Source of the DNA: Hormiphora californensis
Lineage: Eukaryota > Animalia > Ctenophora
Assembly: GCA_020137815.1 (NCBI GenBank)
Contig: CM035361.1
Location: 1,860,001 to 1,924,000 of the forward strand
DNA: 64,000 nt
Direction: 5' to 3'
Below the pieces are notes generated by a model. The model was not told the DNA's origin and did not search any database. It was given only the letters and a program-made list of their open reading frames with translations. Below, piece after piece: positions 1-12,300 of the stretch. Each line of letters opens with the position of its first letter. Within the stretch, counting starts at the first letter, position 1. Made by a program: the position numbers and the translations under genes.

Positions 1-145
1 GATGCTGTCTGCAGAGTCTACAGGTGAGTATTATATGTAGGTGTGTATGCAGTTAAAAGTCTCCAATTAACTGCAGACTGCTGCAAAGAAACGGCATTCG
101 GCAATTACAGTAATTACAGAGTAAAGTGATACAAACAACAGTCTA

Positions 146-303
146 CAGTCGGGCCCCGATTTACCGGAACCCCGATTTACCGGGAGGATAAACTTCCCCC
201 GATTTATAAAATTAGCGGCATTTGACCCCGATATACCGGGTACCCCGCTTCACTGGGCAAGACCCTTGCCCGAGCATCCTGTTAAATCGGAGTCCAACAG
301 CTG
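146..303. mobile_element. MITE, family A (TA-flanked, CAGTCGG...CCGACTG termini, internal CCCCGATTT repeats; Tc1/mariner/pogo-like)
   Basis: TA|CAGTCGGGCCCCGATTTA ... AAATCGGAGTCCAACAGCTG|TA. Related copy at 12686-12857; fragments near 41125 and 61790. Confidence 0.75.
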
Positions 304-1733
304 TATAATTGCTAAACGTTTATTGCAGAAAGATGTTATCAGAAGGTTTTCTCGTATCAGTTTTGACGTTTCGACAAACTAATTTGAACACTGAATATAG
401 TTATCGTGATACGACACAAAACCGGTGTCATTTCTGAATATAGATACAAATAAATATTTAAAAAAAAGAAATAAGAAGATTGCTGCGTCACCTACCAAAA
501 TGCGAGGTATTTTCCTGAGACTGCCGATTGACGTTTGACAACCAGACAAGTTGATGATGAAGCAACCTTAATCGTACCCGTCTGGTTATATCGACTAGCC
601 TGCCACCCAGATAGGCAACATTACCCCTCACAGAGAGGGGTAACAGAACCGTTTTGACAGTCAATAGTTAAGCTATTATTATTATTGATTCTATACAATA
701 CTCCATTTTTTTTTGCACGTACACGTGGCTATTTCTCTATCCATGAGGCAGTCCGACTATTGGATGCCGCCAAGCAAAGATAATAGCTCTCAATACGGTC
801 CCTTGCTTGACCTCAGTGACTTGCACCGACACTGTCCGTCTCACTCAATCAACGAGTGTGTGCTAACAATCTCGATAGCACGCAGAGCAGTTTTGTCAAA
901 CAAAGTTATGACATGACTTCTGACGCAACCCTGACAGCGCTGGCTAGCACAGTGATAGGGTTGTTGACAAACTGACGGACTCCATTTTGTGAGCAAAAAT
1001 AGGGTTAAGCTAAGTTTTTGTTTGAGCGTGAAAAATCGTCACAAGTTGACACGAGAACTCCAACTAGACAGGTAAGAATTAATAAATTGTGACAAATCAC
1101 ACATAAAGTCGGATTTTTTGAAGTTGTCACCCCAAAATGACCGTGCATGTGAAATTTATCAATTTTGACGCACACACCACACGTTAACATGTGATGTGAC
1201 GCACAAAAACATTCCGCACACGAAAAGGGGGGGGGGTACCAACCTATTTTTTTGTATTTTTTTGTATTTTTTTGTACGGTCCGTACAAAAAAATAACCAA
1301 AATTCCCTGCTTTTTCCGTACAAAAAATACAAAAAAATACAAAAAAATATACTGCTGAAGGGAACTTCTTTAGGGCCCCCTATAAGTCTCTAGAGGTTTG
1401 CGGGGTCCTTATACTGGCCTGTATAGCCCTCTAGTTTCGTAGTACTCATAATCCCATGCTTTTTCCATGCGAACATTACCATGATTAAGTTATTCTAGAC
1501 CTGAACTTGCTCCAAATCCTAGTTGGGTAACAGCAAAATATGTCGGGATAGTGCCCAAGCTTTATTTTCTGATGAAATTTCATTTTTCGGCCGAATATGC
1601 CTACTTATTCCCCCTCATGCCTGGAAAAAGGAGGCATAAGCAGGCCGAAAAACTGAAAAAGCCGAATCGGCCTCTCTCCCCCGGCCAGTTGTGCGCGCGC
1701 TACATTATATACTCTCAAATCGCAGTCTATTCA

Positions 1734-1808
1734 GTTCCCCCATGGTGTAGTGGTTATTGCATATACTTGACATGCAGAAGGTCCCGGGTTCGAAACTCGC
1801 CTGGACCA
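1734..1808 (+). pseudogene. tRNA-Val-like pseudogene or SINE head
   Basis: A-box TGGTGTAGTGG, B-box GGTTCGAAAC and a following T-run. Resembles tRNA-Val, but the acceptor and anticodon stems pair poorly. Confidence 0.55.
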
Positions 1809-1920
1809 TTTTTTTCAAAACTTTTTAAATACCAACACTTGGTATAGCACTAAGTGTAAATCAATTAATTTCAAAAACTCGACCGTTTTTTAGACTATTG
1901 TTAAGTGTCTACACTATTTA

Positions 1921-2810
1921 CAAGGTGGGCCACGGATTGTTGGTAAGGGTTAGCGAGTTGTCCCGTCAAAACGGTGATAGTTGCGAGAATAAAAATCATG
2001 GGAGCACTCTGGATCAATTTCTTGGTAACTTTTTCCATAATTTTTTGTCAAAAATTCGAAAATTCATTTTTCATTCCTTCATTCATTTCTCGTTCATTTA
2101 TGATGTGAGCATCCTAATTTTCCATCATGGTGCTATTTTTCTTTGGCTTGAATTTATCTTTCCAACGAACACCATAAAAATGAAATTGAAGCACCAGGTC
2201 ACGTTGCAGTTGAGAAAATGCTCATGCATGATTTTGGCTCTTCCTGCGACTTTCAATGAGCTGTATCACGGCTCCCTTTTGTTCAATCTTTTTCAAAATT
2301 TGGGTGAACATTGGATAAACAAAGATCTTTGCTCACAAGAAAAATCAAGGTCAAAACTCAAAGTTCATTTTTCATTTTTGGTAGTTCATTCCACTCATGC
2401 AGGAACTAACATCCCTAAAGTCATGAAAAGTTTTGGGTTTTGTTTGGCCTATGCTCTGCAATGCCAGAGAGGTGTAGTAGCGTGTTTCCGGGCTAGTTTT
2501 TGGGTGTCCATGTGATCATGATGATATCTGACACCTTATTTGGGCCATAATTAAGCGATTTTCTCAAGTTGAAGCATGTGACTTGGGTTTTCTGTGATTG
2601 ATATCGTGAAACAATGTTATGGGATCCCATAGCACCCCTAAAATGATGATTAATTCAACAAAATGAGTTGATTTATGATCGAAATTGTTCGTTTAGTTGA
2701 GTTTGTCTTCGGTTTGAATCTTTTCAATAAAAAATCAACTCATTTCGCAACTATCACCGTTTTGACGGGACAACTCGCTAACCCTTACCAACAATCCGTG
2801 GCCCACCTTG
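1921..2810. mobile_element. Non-autonomous Tc1/mariner-type element, nested in the foldback element
   Basis: Perfect TIRs of about 66 bp (CAAGGTGGGCCACGGATTGTTGGTAAGG...) with TA on both sides (1919-20, 2811-12). No transposase ORF. Confidence 0.85.
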
Positions 2811-3812
2811 TATATTCAGGCCGATGTTGGCCGCCACCCCCAAAAAAGAAAAAAAAAAGAAAAGTTTTTTAGACTATTAAATTAAAGTTCCACTATCTTG
2901 AACTATTATCAAACTAACTTAGACCACGGGAAAAAATCGGCCAAAATGGGGATAAATTTTGGCCATTCTCGGCCAAAAAAATATGCTGGGACACCGGGTT
3001 AGTAAGACTTGTTCTAGTTAGGAGTCGTGGGGACGGGGAATGGTAAAATAAACTAAATTTAAAGGCCAATAGAAGGACCTCGAGCGCCTCTAGAGACCTG
3101 TAGAAGGCACCAAAGAAGTTCCCGACAGCAGTAAACTTTTTTATATTTTTTTGTATTTTTTTGTATTTTTTTGTATTTTTTGTACGGACCGTACAAAAAA
3201 ATATTGCCTGCTTTTTCCGTACATCCGTACACAAAAATGGTTGATACCCCCCCAAAGGGGGTGACAGTTTCAAAAAATCCGACTTTAGGGTATGTGGTAT
3301 GTTAATATAATAGTTTTTCACCGATTTATTTTGTTAAATAACAAATGCGACAGGTGTGAGGTGTTGCAGATTTTAAACAAAACATTGGCCATATATCACC
3401 ACTGACGAAGAGGGAAAAAAAGAAGAAGGAGAAAGAAATGTGGATGCAGCCGGACGCTGATGACCCTGAGGCCTGACATTTCTACTTTCCTGATGTTGTG
3501 CCTTGTGGTTTCTTACTTTTACACGGGTAGAAGTGCAGCGTATGTCTTTCCTTGACAGTGGCAGTACAGCCACACTGACATGCGATATTCATGTGTCTAT
3601 TGTTTTGGGTCAAGGCGGTGTCCAGCAAGTGGCTTTTCTGTCTTCTGACGTTTCTCACTTTCAGTTGACCCTCCAAGCTGGGTGTTATACAGGTTCCGAA
3701 AAACATATGATTTAATGACTTAAATTGATGCCGTAACTACTCACTGACTTGAACGACGCTGCATACAGAGGACCGCAGCCCGAGTTACTAATTTTTTGAC
3801 GATTTGAGGAAT

Positions 3813-5290
3813 TTTTTTTTTTTTTTAAAACTTCGGAGCTGAGTTCTGCAGAAAAGAAAACAATAAATTATAATAAATTACCCACACACCGTCATACTCT
3901 CATACTCCCTCTCTCTGCTCACTTGTCTCGAAAGTCTACATCTTCCACACTGACTGGGACAACCCTTCTCTTGGTTCCCCGAAGCGCAACAAGAGTTGAT
4001 CTTAACAAACTGAATCGTGTCTTTTCTCGGATGAAGGACATGGTTTCAGCGTAACTCTCCTTGTGCCTGTCACAGATCTTCCTGGCCGCTCGCTCCAAAA
4101 CCTTCCCTACTTCTCCGGCAAAACCTCCCGACGTGGAGAATACGAGGGGCGTGAAGGAACCCTGCTCCACTTCTTGCACCCTTCGCATATAGGCAAGTTT
4201 CTTCTGATTTTGGTGCTGTTTATACAGGTTCGTGATGGGCATCTTCAGGTAGGATGGGGCATTAGGATGGAAAACCCGTACATCCATGAAACTGGTCTGC
4301 ATGTCAGACCATAAGCCACGACAGACTATGTCCATTCGTGCTTCAGCTTTGATATTTGCACTGATTGGCAGGTTGAATCCGTCACAGGGCAACATTGGCT
4401 GTTCAGTGTTAACGGGTTTAAATCCCGCATACCGAAGGATATCGGCTAAGGTATCCCGAAGGTGGTCATGTCTCCACATATCAAAGCCTCCAACCTTGCA
4501 GATCAAGGCGTGGTCACTGGTGTTTTTTGCCCCACAGCCGCATTTCCCTATCAGGTCCGGGAAGTGGAAGCCGTATCTGAGCCGAATGGCATCGACAAAC
4601 TCAACCTGGTTGAGCTCATGGCCCAGTTTCTGCAGCGGTCGAGCAGTTAGCCAACTAGAAGCACCGGGTTCGGAGCACAGCTCCATCGCACGCTGTGTCT
4701 TCATATCAAGTACTGCAAAGATATCTGCACGTTCCGTTGCATGCCTCTCATCAGTGGCGTCGGCGCACTTCTTCTTCAACTTTCCGCTTTTCATCTCGGC
4801 ATCCATGATGTTATTTGGACAGTCCTCTTCCGCCAGGATAAGAGACGCTAGTGGTCCGGTAGCAAAACGGGAATTATTGTATTCTTGATTAGCCGTTTGT
4901 ACCGGATTTTCCAATGCCATACCTCCCATCTTGACGGGGAGTGCTAGGATCCTCCTCTCAATGTCCGAGATATGCTTTCCCACAAATAAGGGTATCAGCT
5001 TGTGCCTCAGGATGTCTTCCATAGGTTGGAACAAGTGCCCTATATCAGGTAGTGTTCGCTGCAGGTACGACCACTTCATTTTCAAACTGCGGACATAGTT
5101 CGAATATGCAAGGTGGGGGTGAGTTTTCGCAACAGTAACCAGGTTTTCAAGGCAGCTCACCCATTCGGAAACTTTGTTCGTAACAAATGTTGTCTTGAAT
5201 TCAGTCGATCCGATTGCTGCACCGAGGTGTCTGGCACCAGCAGTTGTAATCTGTACACCGGTCTCAAAATTCAAATTTTGGAACACTGCA
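3813..5290 (-). mobile_element. 5'-truncated CRE-like non-LTR retrotransposon (RT C-terminus, zinc knuckle, restriction-like endonuclease); ORF 3919-5286
   Basis: RHLGAAIG, CGCG..DHALIC, RHD, ARMDI..FMDVRV, KKLAY and FTPLVFSTSGG motifs; A-run on the minus strand at 3813-3826. Confidence 0.85.
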
Positions 5291-6393
5291 CTGGAGCGTG
5301 AATTTTATTTGACATGTCGCGTCGTTTGCTCATCTTTACATCGCAAAATTACGCGTCAAATGGAACGCGCGAATAAAATGCATAAAAGCGCTGTCAAATA
5401 TTTAAATAAGCCGCGCAGTATGAATTTTACTTTGTAAAAAAAATGGCCTTTTGATTTTGATTTCGAAAATTTTTGCAGATTTCTTGGCATACGTTGCAGG
5501 CCCCTTATAATATAATATAAGGGGCCTGGAGGGAATACCGCGCTAGGGGGGGAATACATAATCAATCATATCTCCGGTTCCAGTTAAGGTACAAAAATCG
5601 TTTTGGTAGCGTTGGAAAGAGGAAGATAACAGCTTTCAAATGCAACCGGTTTCAGGTCTCTATCTTATCAGGAACAGGAGATATGAACCAAACTCCGCAA
5701 AATCGAGTGCGGTAAAATAAAAAAATTCGAGATTTTAATTCAAATTTGAAACAAAGTGTCCCTGCAGGGATCTGTGACGTCACTTTTTGAAAACAACCAA
5801 TCTTTGAACGGCTATTGCTCAGCTTCCTGAAGTCCAATTTACTTCTCTCAAAAACAGCAAGGTAGATAATTGTCAGATCTAACAGCTAGTGAAAGAATCA
5901 AGTCAAACGGACTTCAGGGGCCAAAGTTATAAGCACCGCCGTTTTTTCGCTCGCAAAGTTATCTTCGACCCAGCCGGGCCCGTCCTGAGCTCAGGCCAAA
6001 CGCGCGCGCGGCATTCCCTTCAGTCCCCTCGTTGCGGGGGTGCGCGCATGAGGGGGCTGCAGCGCATTCCAAGCAGATTTCGTTAAATTTTGAATTTTCT
6101 TGAAAAGTGCTGTGAACTGCAGGCTGCATGTTAATAGGGGTCCCTAATCTGTTCCAGAGACAGAAAAACTTTCCTAGACGTTAGATTTTGCTTATAAGCA
6201 GTAAGCTTTCCACTCGGCACTCAGCTCTGAGCTCTCTGGACGAGAGAAAAATCGATTTGCCTTGCTCGAGCCTCGACCCTCTCTCGTTCTGCTCTGTAAA
6301 CATTAAAAGAAGGGTTTGAAGTTTGAACCTAAAAAATCCTCTAGTAGGTGAGCACTATGACATAACCTCGAAGGGGTATTATTTCGAGACGAA

Positions 6394-9300
6394 ATGTCAT
6401 TTCTACGGGGATTCCTCGCCTCCCCAGAGCAAGCAAACGCTCCTAATGAGGTCGAAACGGTAAGTAATACATTTTTTTCAGTTATCAGTTCAGCATCATT
6501 CTTACCTGGCCTTGCCTGGCTAGACGGTGTAAAGGGAGGGTTAAAACATAACAAACCTGGCCTTTGATAAACTCGTTAGTAGGATTAACATTTAACAATA
6601 TATCATCACACAGATTGAGCGGTTGTGTGACCGCCTTGAAACAGCTACACTTCTGGATGACAGGAGGGATGCAATTCGGGCTCTGAAATCTCTCTCAAAG
6701 GTAAATTTCTCCCTTAACTAACAATCCTTTCTACTTCTAAAATAAGACCATTCTCTCCACCCTCTCCTTCCTCCGGCCTCCCTCACTCTCCTCCTCCATC
6801 TCCCTTTTATTTAAATAAACTTGTCTTTCAGAAATATCAAGTTGAGGTGGGCACCCACGCCATGGAGATGTTGATGAATGTGGTCAGAGAGGATGCTTCT
6901 GATAGTGAGATTACAGAGATGGTCCTGGAAACACTCCTTAATGTCATGTCCTCAAAGGGTAATTAATTAACTACATAATTAATCTTTCTCATAAGAAAAG
7001 AATGAAACTCCGTGTCTCGTGCAAGCTCCAGCTCCCACATAGCTCCCTCCCCAACTGAGAACAATATTTGCCCAGCTAGACTCTGTTTCGCGCGCCCCAC
7101 GGACGGTTAGAACATAACAAGAACAATATATACAGTACAATGATTTTACAAAATTAAACGAGAAACTTTGTTCAGGCTCCAGATAACTGTCACCAAATAA
7201 ACTAAGGTACAATGATTTTAGGTGAAGTACCGTCCGGGGAGGACCTGGGTGTCCAGTTTACTGAAATGTTCTTGAAAAATGAGGAAAACATTCCCGTTCT
7301 ACTGACATTGTTAGAGGTTCGTAATTCCCGCCACACTGTTTTGAATTCTACATTGCCCTATCTGTTTCCCCTATTTATTCTCTTTCTTTCTCTCTATCCC
7401 TGTCTCCTCTCACTCTGTCTCTCTCTATTGTCTCCCCCTCTCTCACATCTTCAGTCCTCATTCCTCTTTTTCCTACTCAATCCCTACCACCCATCTCACT
7501 GTCTCTCGGCTAGGCTCTCGCCCCCTCAGTCCTCAGTCTCCCACTCAATCCACCAGGAGTACGAGTTCCATGTCCGATGGCCGACTGTGAAGTTGATAAT
7601 CCTGCTCCTGAAAAACAAGAGTAAAGATCTACAGGAGAGAGTCCTAGTGTCACCCATGGCAATCTCCAGGCTAATGGATCTACTCTCTGATAGTAGGGAG
7701 ATTATACGAAATGATGTAGGTTTACATTATTGGTTTCGGTATAGAACTTTTATACAAATAATTCGGGCCTGGCCTGGGATGAATATTTTAAAATTTACGC
7801 CCCAGTTTGCTTATAACAACGAGAAATACATTGGTTATACGGGAGACGCATATTAAGCTGTAAATATTCTGCATGTTACATCCAACCTGGTAATTATAGC
7901 CGTTAACACTTTCCAGGGTTTGTTGCTGATGATAAAACTGACGAAGAACAACCCCTCAATCCAGGTATAACAAATGGCCAGAATCTTATAATATCCGACC
8001 GCCAGATTATAATCAGGCTTTTGCCCACACTGTGTTGCAATAGCCAATAGCTAAAGTTTGAGATATCTTAGTTTTTTGAGATGATTTATAATGATGATGT
8101 ATAATGGGAAGATGAGTCTTGGTCATTTAGGCTGTCTTGAAGTTTGAACAATGAACATGTTCGACTGTAGTCAGTTGTGCTACTCATTATTCTGTGTGAA
8201 AATATATACTAGTTATATATATATAGTTATATACTAGTTATATATATATATAGTTAGCATTACAAAGTTCAAATCTAACCTCACTCGACCCTGTTTCCTG
8301 CGCCCCGACCGTAAAATGAGGGTCAGAACAATAACAAGAAAATATATGACTAGTTAGTATTACAAAGTTCAAATCTAAACAAAATGATTTCATGTACTTA
8401 CCTAGTTCTAAATAATAGCAGGGCTTTGTTGGACACTCTAGGAACAATTCATCAAGACAGCACTGTGAAGTTAAAGATATTGGCCCACCATTGCACCCAG
8501 TCTCATATTCATTTTTCTCCTGGTCATTGGCACAGCAGTATTCACCATTCAAGTAAGCGTAGGGATGCGAACTGGGGCAATAACCACCTACAAAAAGATT
8601 GGAACTGGATAAAAACTTGTAGCAAACTGCATTTTATTTCATTTTGAGGGTTCGGTTGATCAAATGAAAACTTCCCATTTCACCTCTCGATCAGACTAAT
8701 AAAAAGTGTCAATATATTCAACTCTGAAGACTATTGAAATATCTCTCACCTTTGGCCGAAGGGATCAGGGCAAACAATAAAATAGAACGCAGAACACAAA
8801 ACATTATATTGGCTATAAATTGTAAAATTTAACTGTCGCTAGGCTATTATAATGAGCGCAAGTTAGAGAGCTTGTATGCACGGACAGTTTAAACGCGTGT
8901 CTTAACAATTATCGGGACTAGTGGTAGAGAATAGATAGCCTTGGATGCGTGTCTTAACAGTTAACGTTTATCTTAACTCGTTATCTTGATTGGTTACGAA
9001 GTCACCCCTATTATTGCATATAGGGGTGACAATACCGCCTACCTAAAAATGAAAATTTACGGGACCTTCTCATAAAAAGTTATCGAAAACTTGTCTAAAA
9101 CCTATCTAAAACGTATGGTACTAGTTTGTATAGTAACCAGGACCTGAATTCTACAGAAAGTAACGACCGGTAGTGATTACACCACATGTTTAACAACAGA
9201 GGTGTGTCGCATAACTCCTTATATGGGCATAAAATTCCAATCTTGTGGAATTTTTTCTGACTCGACTATAGCTTAGTTATCAATGAATCCACCTCTAATA

Positions 9301-12300
9301 CCTTTGGAATGGCATTTTGCACATTTCTGAAGGTTTTTGTAGCCAAATTCCAGCATCTTCATAGTTTTCCAAAAACAAAAACAGTGTTAATGGCCAAAAT
9401 ATCGAAAAATTCTGGTATGTAATGGTAGCTCAGACAATTTCCTCGGTATGTTCAAAAAATTAGAACTTTCTGTTTTGTAGTTTGGACACAGGAATTTTTT
9501 TCCCGCCGTACAAGCGATATTATTACCCCTCCGTGAGCTAGCGCAGAGGGGGAATTTCATTACCAATTATCTTGATAAGTGGTGGCCCGTGACTGCGTTT
9601 AACTTGCCCGGCTCTCTCTCTTGTTGCGATCTGGGAAATTTTGTAGAGAAGGGTTAGATCAGAACAACTTCAAACGAAGTGTGCTCTCCCCCATAGTTTC
9701 CGACATCGTAGAACGCTAATACATTTTTGACTTTTGAGATAGGGAATCAATTTGAAAATAGTGGTTTTCTCAAAAAACCATCACATCTTTTACGAGTGAA
9801 CTCCAAAATTTTGAGGCCCATAAACAAGTGTTTGGAGCTTGCCAAGCTAGACTGCAATTTGGGTTTGAAAAAAACAAGTTTGGAGCATCTTTTCACCAAG
9901 AATTACTAAACCTGGGTTAAGTTCCCACTTCCCACTTCCCCGCCAGAGAGCTGCAAAATACTGTATTGCGTGGCAGTATTGCGTGCTTTATGTAGGGCGC
10001 CACAACACAGGCATAAGATCATAAGCGCGGGGTAATTCAAGGCAATCTCGCGCGCGGAGTGTGCTGGTCAGGGCCGGGCTGTGGCGCAACACCCATCTTC
10101 CATTTCCTGGTCTTGAGGGAAGAGCTACTCAGAAATATGAAATATGAACAATCCGAAGTTAGTGAGATGGATATGAATTTATCTTATTTTGAAGGCGTGT
10201 CACTTATTTAGTAACCTAACCCCCCCCCTTTTTTTCAGAAAATTGTAGCATTTGAGAACGCATTTGAGCGGATATTCCACATCCTAACTGTGGAGGGAAA
10301 TAGCGATGGTGGAGTTATTGTTGAGGATTGTCTCAATTTACTGTTAAACTTACTGAGAAACAATGCAAGCAATCAGAATTTCTTCCGTGAGACAAGGTGA
10401 GTTAATTCGGGGGAAGGGGGATATTGGGGCAGGTGGAAGGTGGGAGGTGAGTTATTTAAATCCTCTCAATTCGGGAAAATTATTCGGGACGTTGGGGGAT
10501 TCAACCTATCTCCAAACTGGTGTCACCTAATGCATTGAAATGTGCTACCTTTTCTCCGCCATAAACACCCAATTCCCTTCAGTAACATCCAAAGGATAGC
10601 CCCGTTTTTCGACATGACAATAGAGGGGGAATTAGAGGAAGGGGAGGAAGAGGAGGAGGTAGTTTGGAGTGTCCAGAAACAAAATAATATTCTACTAATG
10701 TTGGATACCGTTCAGGTACATTAGAAGAGCAATAAAATAAACTGCAAAACAGTTCCTCTATTGAATTGCACCCAGAGTTTGCCCAAAATTTACCGATTTC
10801 AGAATATTTATTGTTGCATCTGAAACCAGAAGATCGATCTTCTGTCCCAACCCCTTTCCTCCCCCCATCAGATCCTGGTGAATCCTCTGAACAACCCACA
10901 AAGTGTAACCAGCTCCCAGAAGGTCCTATACACCCGGGGTGTTTTCATGAAACTGTGAGTAATGTGTGGAGCAATTAGATATCAATCGCATAAGCAAGAT
11001 TATGATGATATTCTGTATTGTATAACACCAAGCTCTCTGAGGTTATTAGGGATTTGTATATATCTTACTGTAAACACGAATACCCTTCTTCAGAATGGAC
11101 ATGTTGCTATCTCCATCAATACCAAGAGAGGTCTTTGCTCGTCTCCTGTGCACCATCGGAAATATCATACGGGGAAATGAACTTATTCAACAGTTCATGG
11201 GTAAGAACATTAACTTTTTCACTCAGCCTTGCTCCAGTGTCGACGATACTGCTGGTAGCAATAATTCAAAGATGAAGATGATTTTTTAAATTCTAGGTAG
11301 ACCTGATGCAATACTGTCTCCCTAACACCCGATATCTTCCCCTTCAGACGAACTGGAGATGTCAGACAGGGAGGCGATTGTTCTAATCCTTATGTTAATG
11401 GTGAACGACAAACAAACCTTCTCCACCAGGGTATCAGCCCTGTATTGTGTCCAATGTTTCCTGTTCAAGAACCCTAAGGGACAAGCTAGCATCGTGACGA
11501 CACTTCTACCTAACCAAGACAGTGAGTAATGTTGATGTAGTTAATTATTAATTACATGGTGACTACTGACTAGAATAATACCCTTACCGATCATTGTATA
11601 CCGACGATCTTTACTTTGTCACGGTGTACTAGAAGGTTTATCGACCCTATGAATATCGTGACATTTTTTCCTTCCAGGTGTTAACACCTCTGTTACTTCT
11701 GGTCAACTCCTCTGTGCTGGATTATTCTCTACTGACCCAGTTGCTCATTGGTTGTGTTGCGTGGTACTCGCTCATTGTCTACTAAACAACAGCGACCAGG
11801 TAAAGACAACCACATCCCTTATAGAGGGAACATTCTTCCTCTTATATCACTAGTGGGAACTTTCATCCTCTTATATCACTAGCAATTCTGAAAGAAACTG
11901 AACTCAGCACCACTCAGTAAAACTACAATATATACAATATGCGTAGATCCTGTTCTTAGGCTGTATTGTAACTCTCCTTCTCTCAATTTCATTCCTTCAA
12001 TTCTCCACTCAAAAACTATGATAGTAACCCTTGTTATGTTCTAACCCTCCTTTACATTATGGGGCCCGCGAAACAGAGTCTAGCTAGGCTCATTAACCCC
12101 CCCCCTCAGCATGAGAATCTGCTGCTAGTGCAGTTGGAGCTGGTACCTGGTGATGCCCCTATATTCCTCATCAACCACGCCTTCTCAATCCTACATACTG
12201 TGAGTAGTCTGATTGTGTCCTGTAGTGAGATTTCTGTTCTCGAAACTAAATCAATTAACCTTTTATAATTTGCATACAGGTCTCGCCTACACGATTATCT

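Larger units (their letters stand above)
1228..3253. mobile_element. Long-inverted-repeat (foldback/Mutator-like) non-autonomous element
   Basis: About 190 bp at 1228-1420 is an imperfect reverse complement of about 3062-3253 (G/C-run termini, TTTTTTGTA repeats, CTCTAGAG). Confidence 0.6.

Noticed and set aside
1-23. Exon end with a GTGAGT donor at the window start
   Set aside because: Too short to identify.
1898-2515. 205-aa ORF
   Set aside because: Lies inside a non-autonomous TIR element and has no transposase or other motif.
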